NCBI GenBank assembly: GCA_019828565.1
Contig: JAHDYR010000041.1
Coordinates: 101,616-165,615, forward strand
Source of the DNA: Carpediemonas membranifera BICM
Taxonomy: Eukaryota > Protista > Fornicata
Reading direction: 5' to 3'
DNA length: 64,000 nucleotides
This document shows, one piece after another, positions 1-10,732 of this stretch. Made by a program: the position numbers and the translations under genes. A model generated the notes under the pieces. That model worked only from the letters and a program-made list of their open reading frames with translations, was not told the DNA's origin and ran no database searches. The first letter of the stretch is position 1, and every line of letters begins with the position of its first letter.

Positions 1-867
1 GACATCATCCCCAGTGTCCGTACGTTTTTTAAGCAGGACGTTGCCACGAGAGGAGTTGATGACATCGATCATCGCTTCTTCATGTTTGTTCACCCAGTGT
101 TGCCCAGGTATTTACCCAGATTGGTTGCGATTCGTGACTGCAAGACTGATTCCATCATTTCGGCCTTGTTGCTCACGAAGGAGTCATACAACACCGAAGC
201 TACTGATGAAACCCCTTCCGAGCTGCGCCAGGACTTATATGTTGTGGTTATTCGCACGGCATTCTATGCCAGGGGCAATGGTCTCGCCACGATTCTTCTT
301 TCGGTTGCCTCTGCCGGACAGAGGATCCGCCTGCAGTGTGTAAGTTCTCTTGTGCCAGCCTACCAGCGTATGGGGATGTCCATCTCCAAGCAAAAGTCCA
401 CGATGGAGTACCTGGATGATGCGAAACTGGTGACCATGGAGGCAACATACGGCCCGAACAAGTGGACGAAGCTCGGTGAGAGTCTCGTTGCTTGCCATGG
501 ATATGCCATGAAGTCCTGGAGGGCTCCCCCGTCCGTCGACTACGGTACGGCTTTTCACTTCTGTGGACCAGGTCCAGCCTCCCCAAAGAGAACCCAAGCC
601 ACCCAACCCACCCTGCCCACCAAGCCCTCGGACAAGCTCAACCGCTACATTAAGCGTCTGAGGAAGAGTGTTACCCCGCACCCGACGCGCAAGAAGCAAC
701 GTGAGATAATCATCGCCCTTTACGACAGCAACCGAAGGGATTTGGTCCAAAAGATCGTGGATAAGAGATCAAAGATGCGTAAGGATTACCAGAAAGAGAA
801 CTATTTCGAGGAAGAGTGGTACCATCTGCTGTCTGAGAAGGAAGATGAGGAAGAGAATGAAGATTAA
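1..867 (+). CDS. GNAT-fold acetyltransferase (5' truncated), probable 36-nt intron 84-119
   Basis: Motif A-like YVVVIRTAFYARGNGLATILL and LQC..LVPAYQRMGM; homolog of 16440-17366 and 53342-54109; frame open from nt 1. Confidence 0.75.
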   Translation, partial: DIIPSVRTFFKQDVATRGVDDIDHRFFMFVHPVLPRYLPRLVAIRDCKTDSIISALLLTKESYNTEATDETPSELRQDLYVVVIRTAFYARGNGLATILLSVASAGQRIRLQCVSSLVPAYQRMGMSISKQKSTMEYLDDAKLVTMEATYGPNKWTKLGESLVACHGYAMKSWRAPPSVDYGTAFHFCGPGPASPKRTQATQPTLPTKPSDKLNRYIKRLRKSVTPHPTRKKQREIIIALYDSNRRDLVQKIVDKRSKMRKDYQKENYFEEEWYHLLSEKEDEEENED

Positions 868-889
868 ATGAAGAAGCAGTCGATTTTAT

Positions 890-1577
890 TACTCATTTGA
901 GTTGACGTTAGCTGCGTGGAAGAGCAGGAGGCTCGCGTAAACGGGTATACGCAGAACATCACGAGCCTCTGCAGCGGCACGGGCAGCGTTCCTCTTCAAT
1001 CACAGCGGCGAGGTCCTTGAAGGTCTTCGAGTGCTTCTTGAGGACAAGCTGCGGACGCTCGAAGATGAGCTTAGAGTCCTTGCGGCACACACTCTCCAGA
1101 AGGACCTCTCTGACCTTGTCGACAGAGATACCAAGCCTCTGGGCGACGAAGGCGTAAGCGCGGGGGCGGACCGACTGAGGGATGCCGTGGAACAGCTCGC
1201 GGTACTCACGGACAGTTGCCAAGAGAGGGCTGCCATGGTCGACCCTCATCTCCTTCGGCGTCCAGGCTGATGAGGGCCCCTGAAGCGCTTCTCCTTGGCC
1301 TCAGAAGACTCGCCCTTGTACTGCGCCATGATCTGCTCAATGCTATCGAGAGAACGGAACTCCGCTTCATCCCTAAGATCCTCCGGAACGAATGTGGGGA
1401 GGTCATTGGGGCGTCTGTCAACCACCCTCATTGCAAAATGCGGTTTCCGGTGGCGACATCGGCAGCGGAGATGCTTCCAGCAGCGTGCTCCTTCTCTAAG
1501 TAAGTAGAAATCATTTCCACAGCGTTTAGACGCTTTCTGCCCTTGCTCTTAGCAGTATTACTCCGTTTCGGAGGCAT
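890..1577 (-). CDS. Basic hypothetical protein, homolog of 15717-16415 (frameshifted; 3' end approximate)
   Basis: FHGIPQSVRPRAYAFVAQRLGISVDKVREVL...LIFERP aligns with FHRIPIAYRAKVHAFAASSCGVTVDDVKLVL...LIFARP. Confidence 0.6.
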
Positions 1578-2110
1578 AACGTTTCTTCAAGGTGCACTTT
1601 ATGCTCGCAAACGAAATTAGAAAACCAAACGAAGAAAGGAGAAGAGTATCGATCCTCAAACGCTGGCAAGCATGTGCATATCACTAAAACAACATCATGA
1701 GAGCTCTGTGGCCTCGAATGGCCTGTAATAGAACCTAAACAACATCAACAATTGTAACTCGTCGAGGAAGCGTTGAGATGAACTATAAACGCGGGAATGG
1801 ATCAAACAATGGATTTAAGAGTGGCATACAAGGCCAGAATACCGCAATTATCGTCCGTTGATCCACGTGACCTCCATCTTGGTCGGTATCCAGAGAAAGC
1901 CCTTCAGACGCTCGCAACACAACATTTAGAAGACTTATCGTGAATGGCTCCTTCCATGATGGACCTTCACCTGGACATGCCATCTCTGACATGTCCAATG
2001 GTCTCCATTGAGCTCGCATTCATCCCTCTGAGCATCCGCCCCATGGTCCAATCAGATGCCCAATCAAAATTCTGCACCGAAGTGCCCTGAGGACCTCTCC
2101 TCTGAGTTCA

Positions 2111-2276
2111 TAGGCTCTCAGAGCCTTATACACCAATTCGAAATCGTGTATAAGGCTCTCAGAGCCTAATGAATCTCCCGCGCCGTTGCCTACTGATACT
2201 GGTCATTTTTCCGCATGAGTTTATTAGGCTCTCAGAGCCTTATGAATTTTTTTCATTAGGTCCTGAGAGCCTTATA
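2111..2276. repeat. Cluster of palindromic AGGCTCTCAGAGCCT motifs forming a hairpin upstream of the OTU gene
   Basis: Copies near 2112, 2153, 2226 and a variant at 2258; 23-bp inverted repeat 2111-2133/2146-2168 with 1 mismatch. Confidence 0.7.
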
Positions 2277-2279
2277 ATC

Positions 2280-3653
2280 ATGCAATCGGTTTTCGACTTC
2301 TACATGCTCTTGAAGCGTTCGAAAACGTTTGGTAAGCAGTTCTTTATCTTCTATGACAGCGCTGAGATCAGTCAGGCCTCATCAAACGCGCAGGAGATGA
2401 TCAAGTGCTCACTTCTTCGTAAGTTCCTTCTGCCCGATGACAAGATCCTCACCGCCCTTCTTCGTGATCGTAAGTACTTTCCCCATACCTTTTTACACAG
2501 ATATTGGCTGGAAAACGCTTCGCAAGCTCTTCAGGTCGCCTCACCTTATCCTGCACCTAAGAGAAACTGCCGAGGCTCAGCTTGAGCTGATCACGACATC
2601 GGCTGAGCTGAAGAAGGTCATGGGAGATCATGCCTACGACAGCCTTGTCCAGAAGGTCCGCCGAGAAGTGTCTTCGGATCACGAGCACGACGTTGGAGGT
2701 AAGTACTCCAAATAACTCCTGCTTATTCAGTCCTTTCGCTGCTCCGTGAGCGCATAATGCGCAAGGTGAAGCCAGGAAGGTCGGGGGTCGTCCGTTCGTT
2801 CAAGAACAACGCCGAGCCTGAGTTGTCGGACCCGGTCGACGTGCAGTTCGACCGGATAAGGCACCTGGACGCGCTTCTGATGGACTCTCCCGTCCACAGA
2901 AGTACCCTGAGTGGCACATCGCGCCTCTTGCGCCGCCATCTTGCCGTGGAACACAACGGTGCGATCCGTGATTTGAAGAGGGAGCTTTGGCGAGCCCGGG
3001 CCAAGATTGAAAAGCTCGAGACGGAGAAGCTTGTGCCCTTGAAGAAGGAGGCTGAGGTCATAGACCTGGATCGGGAGGCTTTGGTGGCCGCAGACCCCAA
3101 AGATGACGTCCAGACCATCATGGAGAAGACCGCTAAGAAGTTTAAGAACGATACAAGCTCTCTGAAGCGGTCTGAGGTGCCTGGGGATGGCTCATGCATT
3201 CTCAGCGCCATGCATCTCATCAGGACTGGGTCCCAGCCTACTGTTGGTGAGAAGCTTCAGCTGTACGAGGACATCCGATCCTTCTGTGAGGGCAAGGGGT
3301 TCGAGGGCGACCCGTTCTCTGAGATGCCTGGCTCCCCTTTCCCCTGGGCAGACCATGAGGCCATCCAGGCCAGTGTAGAGCTGAGTCACACTCCGGTAAT
3401 CATCACCCAGATCGACGAGGACCTTACCTGCCTCTGGGTCCACAAAGGTTGGGAAGATTCAGAGTTCTTGCCCATCCAGGATGCGACGCTGGACAAGATC
3501 TTAGGTCTTTGTGAGAGCATGAAGCTCACTCAGTTCATCGTCATCGAGAATCGTCATGCCTGTGTCTACAGTCTTCCGGACCGCAAGCGCAAGGCAGCTG
3601 CCGCAGAGCCCGAGAAGCGTGCTACTCGTCCGGAGGATGTCACCCGCTCATAA
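2280..3653 (+). CDS. OTU-like cysteine protease (deubiquitinase) with coiled-coil N-terminus; introns 2470-2500 and 2699-2730
   Basis: VPGDGSCILSA (OTU DGxC) and ENRHACVY (His). Removing the two GTAAGT...AG introns joins three ORFs in frame. Confidence 0.75.
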
Positions 3654-3726
3654 ATGATTGATTGAATTGATATCTCTTCAAGTTTATTCACTCTTGCCTT
3701 GAGTCATGCGCGCAGTGTGGAAGCGC

Positions 3727-4688
3727 TTACGGGCGGGGTTGGACTTGGTCTTCCGCTTGCGGGGCTGCGGCTTGACCTGCAGTATTTTTGAACTGCTCCA
3801 CCTTTCGAGCGAGGTAGTGAGGGTCATCTATGGCGAGACTCTTGAAGCGAGCAATCGGGTGCTCCTCTTCATCGGCCTCAAAGTAGGTCTCGCCATAATC
3901 GATGCGCAAGAACTCGCCGCGAACGATGTTGGCAGTGGCCCTGACCGATATCACTGGCAGGCCATCCACCAAGACGTCCACGAACTCACAGTTGACATCG
4001 TCAGGGCTGTGGTTAATCAGGTGGACACCCGCTGCGGCCGACATGGCATCGACGGCGACCTGACTGTCAGCGAATGACATGCTGTGTAATGGTAATGGAA
4101 TATGCGAAACAAACACCATCTGGCCGTTGTTGCTGGCCGTCTCAGCATCGGGAATCAGCTTCCCGAGGTATATGCCGAGACATGTGCCAGCTGAGATATC
4201 CTCAGTGGCAATCATGCCTCGGCCGACGCTCTGCGTCCGATTGAGGGCCGGATGGTCGGGCTCCTGGGTCAGACGGGGGTCGCAACGGGTCTCGGATGAG
4301 ATCCAGGCCGGAGCAGGAATGGCCTGAAGGCTTATCTCATCCGAAATCAGCCGCTTGACGTCCTGCAGGTCTGAACCCGGGTAACATGCGTCCACCTAGG
4401 GTGGACGTGCATGACGGACCCCTCGACGGAGTCCTCCTCGGCTTCAGACGAGCTGGATGAATGGGAAGGCGACTCGGGAGGCGGAGGAGGAGGAGAATCT
4501 TGCTCCTTACCATCCCTCGGGCGACTCGGGAGGCGGAGGAGGAGGTGATGCTGCCGTTACAGTCGTTTCCGCAGGACGTTGATCCTGCGGAGAAGCAGAT
4601 GACTCAAAAAGTCTTGTTGGGTGGATTTTTGAGTCCTTCTCTTACCTACCGGTTGCTGCTTCCTTGCGGGCATCTTTCTTCTCGCCAT
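3727..4688 (-). CDS. SET-domain lysine methyltransferase
   Basis: GRGMIATEDI..G..LGIYLG, HLINHS, EFLRIDYGETYF; probable in-frame 33-nt intron GTTTGT...ACACAG at the same position as in the B copy. Confidence 0.85.
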
Positions 4689-4882
4689 ATCTTCGTTCTC
4701 TTTTTTTCTCGCAACTCCCGATCCGAAGAACAGGCGCATCGCTGATCAGATCCGAACAATACTGCAGTAGCATGCATAAATAGTGTAGCAATGAAGGTAT
4801 ACCTCTTTACTTGGATCAAAAAGCTTGTCCTTTGCTTCAAATCAAAATGTGCCATTCATGAAAAAAAAATGGCACATTGCAA

Positions 4883-5888
4883 ATGGACGAGAAATACGGA
4901 GAATTCGGCACGCGACGCATCAGTAAGGACCAAGAAGTCTTTGAATGTGTCTGTGGTAAGGTTCAGCTCAGGCGTGGACATCGCGGGATCGGTTTCAAGT
5001 CTTCTTCCTCTCACGAGTGTCCTTTTACAACAGAGAAGTTGATTAACCGACGGGTGCTAATCACCATCGAGCCGCTGCATGGTTTCGAGACCCCGACTCA
5101 GCCCTACCCCCGTCTTCCGCGTGGAAAGTCTTGCCAACTCATCTGGCTATCATTTCAAGCTCAAGACGGCTCTAGAGCTCGTTGATGATGAGTGGCTGAC
5201 TGCCGTTGCCCGCACCTTTAAGTCTACGTCCCATCTGGCCGAGGTACTTGAGGAGTTGGCGTCGCAGTACTCTAACTTCGACACTTACTGGGTGATATCG
5301 GGTCATTCTGATACAGAAACGTCGCGTATGATCATTGATACGTCTACGAACGAGTTTCTGTATCACCATGATCTGGTCCAGCTCATCCTCAGGTCATTCG
5401 AGAGCCCTTCCTTGGTGAGATCGACGCGTGTGCGTCTGATTTACTTTGCCACCTGCTCCGGACTCGACAGATCTGAGGAGTCTCAGCTGTGCAGTGCTAT
5501 TTCGACAGCCAAGTACAAGAACACATGCATTATCCTCACTCCTGAGAAGGTTCTGGCGCATGAGCTTGTTCTCCAGGACGCCTATTGGCTCTACCGCGTG
5601 ACATGCCTCGACAATCCTCTTTTCTTTCTGACGAAGTACTTCTCTGGCTATCGTTTCGCGCCTGGCTCAGCAGGAAGACGGATTATAGCCAATGGTTCCT
5701 TGTCATTTCCCAACGAGGCCAGGGTCATCATGTCTGAGACTAGCTATGCCCGGCCCATTCCTCTTCCTGAAATGCAAGACATCGTTTCTGATGTCAACGA
5801 GTATGACCCGTTAAGAACCGACCAGAGAAGACTTATGAATGATCGATACATAAGCATGATGACCCGTGCGCTTGAGAGAGACGTGTAG
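4883..5888 (+). CDS. Caspase/CHAT-like His-Cys protease with small N-terminal Cys/His motif (one frameshift near 5110)
   Basis: WVISGHS ... LIYFATCSG resembles the clan CD His-Cys dyad; N-terminal ECVCG...HECPF; homolog of 10733-11758. Confidence 0.6.
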
Positions 5889-5931
5889 TAAACAGATATA
5901 TATACAATTTATGATCATCTCTCACTAAACA

Positions 5932-7155
5932 CTAAACAATCGGTCTCATGCCCTCTACTCGCTTATAGACAACCTTACATTTGCTGCAGAGGGGAACGAT
6001 GTACAACTTGCCATCAATGGTGTACTGCACTTCCTCAGAGCAATGCTCACAGTACCACCAGTGACAGCCTCGGCAGCAAAGAAGAGTAGAAGCCTGTTCT
6101 TCTGCTTTCTTCGTGTTCTTGGATCTTAGGCCCTTTTTGCACGCCTGGCACTTGTTGCTAGAGCCGGTAATATAGCACGCGGGACAGTAGTCCTTCTTGC
6201 CCTTCGTCCTGACACATTGCTCGTGCAGGAAACCTTTGCAAGCACAGCATCTCCTGAACGTAGTGCCGTCTGGATTGAAGAACCACTCGGGGGTACCACA
6301 CACAAGACATCCAAATAGCATTTTGCGCTGATGAAGGCTAAGGAAAGTCGTCTTACATGTCTCGGGTTCGGTAGGCGGGTCTCTCACACGGGTCTCTGAG
6401 ACAACGTCGTTGATCAGGACCTTAATACGGTCAACAACAGCATCGGACACGTTGTTAGACACCTGCTGCAGATCGTCGTCACCAAGCCTGGGTCGCTTGG
6501 CTTCCTCGTCGTCAAAGACGATCTTCTTCCGAACCGGCACCGATCGATCTGTCGTTGACTGAGGTGTGTCTGCTTCATCACCAACACCAAGTGAAGACAG
6601 TTGCGTAGTCGACCGTATCGGTGGGATCTCTGCCTTGATCATCGTAGTCGGGGTCGATTTGACCGTTGCCTTTTGCTTGACAGGCTTATATCTCACCCGG
6701 TTGATCACAGGCAAGTTCTCAAGGCTGATTGAGTCGGAAACATCGTTCAGTCCAGCATCTGAGAGAACTTCTGAGAGCATCTGGCGGAACTCGGCATGGC
6801 AGGGCTGACTACGGACAGCAATGTGCTGCATGACAGAGCCATTGTACTCCGCAGAGGGTCTAACTGCTGTTATAAACGTAGTAACGCCGACAACAGTCGT
6901 CCGCCTGACCTGTTCCCGGAGTTCAATTGACTTGAACCCAGGGCATTCGGCGGCGACCCTGCGCTGGACCTCCAGAAGTACCTTATGGATGTCGCGTGCA
7001 CTCAAGCCGAGGTCAGTTGCCTCGTCGTCCTCAAATACTGAAGAAACAACGGCTGTAACAAATGAACGACGGAGATTTGCGAGCTTACTGTTGCCATACT
7101 GTCTGATGGGGGGCGTAGCAGCAATAGGTTCTGGTACAGACACTTCTGAATTCAT
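5932..7155 (-). CDS. PHD-finger protein with additional C-terminal Cys-rich finger
   Basis: CLVC...CCACKGFLHEQC...YCPAC (C4HC3), followed by CxxC...CxxCxxWYCxxC...CxxC. Confidence 0.8.
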   Translation of the reverse strand: MNSEVSVPEPIAATPPIRQYGNSKLANLRRSFVTAVVSSVFEDDEATDLGLSARDIHKVLLEVQRRVAAECPGFKSIELREQVRRTTVVGVTTFITAVRPSAEYNGSVMQHIAVRSQPCHAEFRQMLSEVLSDAGLNDVSDSISLENLPVINRVRYKPVKQKATVKSTPTTMIKAEIPPIRSTTQLSSLGVGDEADTPQSTTDRSVPVRKKIVFDDEEAKRPRLGDDDLQQVSNNVSDAVVDRIKVLINDVVSETRVRDPPTEPETCKTTFLSLHQRKMLFGCLVCGTPEWFFNPDGTTFRRCCACKGFLHEQCVRTKGKKDYCPACYITGSSNKCQACKKGLRSKNTKKAEEQASTLLCCRGCHWWYCEHCSEEVQYTIDGKLYIVPLCSKCKVVYKRVEGMRPIV

Positions 7156-7249
7156 GAGAATTTCTATCCAAGCTGTTTACGTTGTTACATTTGTCTATTT
7201 ACGTAGACTCCTGGCATTGACAATACCTAAAACTGCGACATTTGTCGAT

Positions 7250-7466
7250 CATGATTCGAGCAACTAGCCACCAAAAGGTAGAAACGGTAACGTCAGGGCT
7301 CGTGGAAGTTGCCAAAGTACAAGATTCTTACAAAATAATCCGAAAAACTGCTCAGGGCTTGCGAAAGGAAGAAGAAATCAACAAAAGGGTGAATGACACA
7401 GAGTTTCTGCTGCAAGAGATACGCGATTTGTTTATAGATGCCATACAGACGATGAGGGACAAGTAA
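7250..7466 (+). CDS. Conserved ~70-aa helical microprotein
   Basis: Aligns without gaps to 9239-9466 (EVAKVQDS/EVGKIQDS; VNDTEFLLQEIRDLFIDAIQ/LNDTQHVLEEIGDMFIDVIQ). Confidence 0.65.
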
Positions 7467-7618
7467 AAATGACATTCACTAGCTTTGCTTCTCATTTCAC
7501 ATATTCTTGTGAAATATGTGAAATGTGAAACAGATTCTAGTGAATCTCATTTTTTCTTGCACTTTTTGGAGTATCTCCAGGGTATCTCCCGGGAGACTCT
7601 AGCCATTCTTACAGTATG

Positions 7619-8966
7619 GCATCCCGTCCAATTCCTGATGCACCGAATGGACTCGCGAATCCGTATAGACACAGAGGGCCGTGACCATACGCTATCCCTA
7701 GGCCGCCGCAGGGCTCTACTAGAGCAACTACGGGCGGCGGGATGCCCACGGCTCTCCACCATCGATGAGATTGACAACGGACCCGTTGCGTCAGCCCACC
7801 AAACATCAGGAACGCAAATCGAGAGGGAGGAGATGATGATCGCGGAGCTTATACCCCCGATAAGTCCACCTCTCGGCTCAGGACCACCCACCCCCGCCCA
7901 GTCACAGGAGACAGGCATCGTGCCTAGACCTAACGACAGCGAGGAGACCAGTCGGCCCACGAATGTCCAGCCTAGACATAACGGGGCACCCGCTCCCATG
8001 CCTGGCGGCCAAAGCGTGGCTGACACCAACCATCGGGGGATGGACGTACCAACGGTCCGAGTGAACCAGGCTATCGCAGCCTTCGCTCGTGACCTACGGG
8101 ACGCCATCCACCCGGACCTGCGGGAAGAGCTCTGGCGTGATGCCGACACAGTCCGCCAGACGCTTCTCTCGCCCCCCGCGCTCGAGCGAGCCATGGGGAC
8201 GGAGCGCAGGAGGCACCTCACGAAGGCGCAAGCCATCGAGATTGAGACGTGTCTCCTGCGTGCCGCAGGCGGCCTAACCCTGCCCCCCACTTCTCGCGCC
8301 GGTTCCCGTCGAACGGGATTGTGGCCAAACATGGCTCACGCCGTGTTGCGGCCGCAGCGCACATCGCTCTGGGGCTGCCGCTCCCTGCTATATTGGCGCA
8401 CCCTGCAACACAGGCCACCAACAATAGGCAGACCCGAGCGCCTACAAGACCTCTTGGGTTCCTTCCAGACCCCGCCGACGTGGCTCGCATCGGCCGCAGC
8501 CGACCGACGCGGAGGGGAACCAAGGGTTATGTCCGTGCCCTCATCGGAAAGGTCACCGCCTGCGCGGCAGCCAGAGATGAGGACAAGCGCGATCGTCTCA
8601 TCGACGTGATGCTGCACCCACAAACAGCACTTCGCCCCCGGAGGACCCGCCATAATCAGGTGGGAAGCACGTCGAGAAGCCGACTCGCCTACCAGCACGC
8701 CAGACGAGGGTACTACAGCAAGTCCATGAGTGCCCTGGTCTCGGAAGAACTGCAGATGACCCCAGCCGAAGCAGAGGAGAAGATGGTTCGGATGCAAGCT
8801 GACCCCTTCCAAGGCAGTCTTGATGACCTCCCAATCCGCCATCCCCTCGCCCCGCTCACCTCGGTAGAGTTCGAAACTCGGGACATCATCGATGTCCTGA
8901 GCAGTCTTCCGGCCGACTCGGCTCCCGGTCCGTCGGGCATGAGCTTCCTCCACTTGAAGCTCGCCG
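7619..8966 (+). mobile_element. CRE-clade non-LTR retrotransposon copy 1, 5' ORF fragment between elements A and B
   Basis: Near-identical to 48182-49530; ends in SAPGPSGMSFLHLK (RT domain 0-1); continues at 45553. Confidence 0.9.
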
Positions 8967-9014
8967 CATACTGTTAGAATGGCCAGTTAATCCGGGGATA
9001 TACGGAGGATAAAC
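8967..9014 (+). repeat. Left TIR of B (48 bp)
   Basis: CATACTGTTAGAATGGCCAGTTAATCCGGGGATATACGGAGGATAAAC; identical at 49595-49642, inverted at 45505-45552. Confidence 0.95.
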
Positions 9015-9238
9015 ACCCTTTTGCACAAGAAACTGCAAGAAAAAATGAGATTCACCCGTATCTTTTTCACTATTTCACACGTTTCACCAACGTTTGTGAA
9101 ACGTAGAGAAACGTGCGGAAGGTACGGGTAAGTCTCATTTTTGCTTGCATACGACGTGCTAGGGGCATTCTTGTGATTCGTAGGTAGGTGCTGATGTTGC
9201 ATAACCATTCATTGCTTATTCAAAGTGATAATAACGTG

Positions 9239-9466
9239 CTAGTGGTCTTTAAGTTGCTGTATTACATCTATAAACATATCTCCTATCTCTTCCAGAACGT
9301 GTTGTGTGTCATTCAGCCTCTCATTCACCAACCCCTCGCAATTCAGCCCAGTGATGTGATTTCGTATTTCTCGAACAGAATCTTGTATCTTGCCGACTTC
9401 ATGGAGGCAACTGGTCATATGATTAAGCCTTTCGTTCGTGGATAACCGTAACATTGTCGTCAACAC
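9239..9466 (-). CDS. Conserved ~70-aa helical microprotein
   Basis: Homolog of 7250-7466 in the syntenic subterminal position. Confidence 0.65.
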   Translation of the reverse strand: MLTTMLRLSTNERLNHMTSCLHEVGKIQDSVREIRNHITGLNCEGLVNERLNDTQHVLEEIGDMFIDVIQQLKDH

Positions 9467-9488
9467 CTGCGCAGTTTAAGATGAGAAT

Positions 9489-10709
9489 ATGACGACCAGT
9501 GAAACTGCGAAGAAAGCTGAGATTTCGCAGGGCACGTCTTGCGGATCGGATAAGAGAACAGAGTACCGCCGGCTGTTCGTGACTAGCTTCCTGGAATGCT
9601 TTTTCGACGTCGCGGACATCCCAACTATCGGTCTGACGACCTCTGACGTTCATCGCGCTCTCCTTGGCATGCAGGATGTGATATCGGGCCTCTGCAACGG
9701 CTTTCGCAAGATTGCTATTGCAAACTCCGTCAGGCGCACGACTACTGAGCCCATTCAGGCATTTGTGGCAAGTAGAAAGGGTGGCACAGAGCTCATTGGC
9801 ACAAAGATACCCTACCTGGTTGTCAGAGACAGAGCAAATGCAGCTGAACACTTGCAGGAGTTTAGAAACAGGATGTCTGTGCTGTTTCGGGGACTTGGAC
9901 TCCACGATGTCTCCAGTCTGATCACTTGCACCGGCATTCAATGGCCTCCAGCCGTTGTAATCAGGATCAAGCATCGCAAGCTCCAGCCTGAGCCACGTAC
10001 CCCAGCAGAAACACCCGCAGAGACACCCACAAAGACTCCAGTGACAACATTGGTACCAAAGCTCAGAAAAAGAGCTGACTTGGCTACCATCAAGCCTGAT
10101 TCCCCCGTCAAGAAGCTTAATTTTGATGCGCAGATGCATGAGCCTGCTCAGAAGCGATCGAGGCTCGAAGAGGCTGACTTGAAGGAGGTTGCCGCGATGG
10201 TGACGGCTTCACTCTCCACAACTGTCACTGATCTCCTCAAGCAGTCACCCAAGGCCGTTGAAATGAACGATAAGGTCCCCGCCCTCAAGCAAGCGACGTT
10301 TCTGAAGCTATATCAGCGTAAGTTACTGTTCGCATGCGCTGTTTGTGCCTCACCTGAATGGTACTTCAACCCAAACATGAAAAGAAACGAGTATGAAACG
10401 TGCTATCTCTGCCATCAGTTCATGCATCTTCAGTGTGTCAGAGAGAAGAGGATTGATGGTAAGAACAGAAAGGTTTGCGCAGCTTGCAGTCTGGCAGGAA
10501 GGTCTAACAGATGTCACGCGTGTATCAAGGACGGAGACAAGTCGACAAAGGACACTGGCGTCTGCCGGGCGTGCCTAAACTGGTTCTGCGAAGAGAAACA
10601 CTTCAGCTATGCTGAGTTCCATCTCGACGGCCAGGACTATCGTGTCAGGTTCTGCGACCAGTGTATGACTGTCTACCAGAAGGTGGCGGATATGAAGCCA
10701 ATTGAGTAA
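9489..10709 (+). CDS. PHD-finger protein
   Basis: CAVC...CYLCHQFMHLQC...VCAAC plus second Cys cluster; homolog of 5932-7155. Confidence 0.8.
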   Translation: MTTSETAKKAEISQGTSCGSDKRTEYRRLFVTSFLECFFDVADIPTIGLTTSDVHRALLGMQDVISGLCNGFRKIAIANSVRRTTTEPIQAFVASRKGGTELIGTKIPYLVVRDRANAAEHLQEFRNRMSVLFRGLGLHDVSSLITCTGIQWPPAVVIRIKHRKLQPEPRTPAETPAETPTKTPVTTLVPKLRKRADLATIKPDSPVKKLNFDAQMHEPAQKRSRLEEADLKEVAAMVTASLSTTVTDLLKQSPKAVEMNDKVPALKQATFLKLYQRKLLFACAVCASPEWYFNPNMKRNEYETCYLCHQFMHLQCVREKRIDGKNRKVCAACSLAGRSNRCHACIKDGDKSTKDTGVCRACLNWFCEEKHFSYAEFHLDGQDYRVRFCDQCMTVYQKVADMKPIE

Positions 10710-10732
10710 GTTAAATAGGGAGATTTTGAACT

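Larger units (their letters stand above)
1..7618. mobile_element. Giant DNA transposon A (partial, left part outside window); divergent relative of B/D
   Basis: Ends in ...agccattcttACAGTATG at 7618 (revcomp CATACTGTAAGAATGGC, cf. B end CATACTGTTAGAATGGC) and is followed directly by retrotransposon sequence. Gene order GNAT, basic ORF, OTU, SET, caspase-like, PHD, microprotein mirrors B. Confidence 0.85.
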
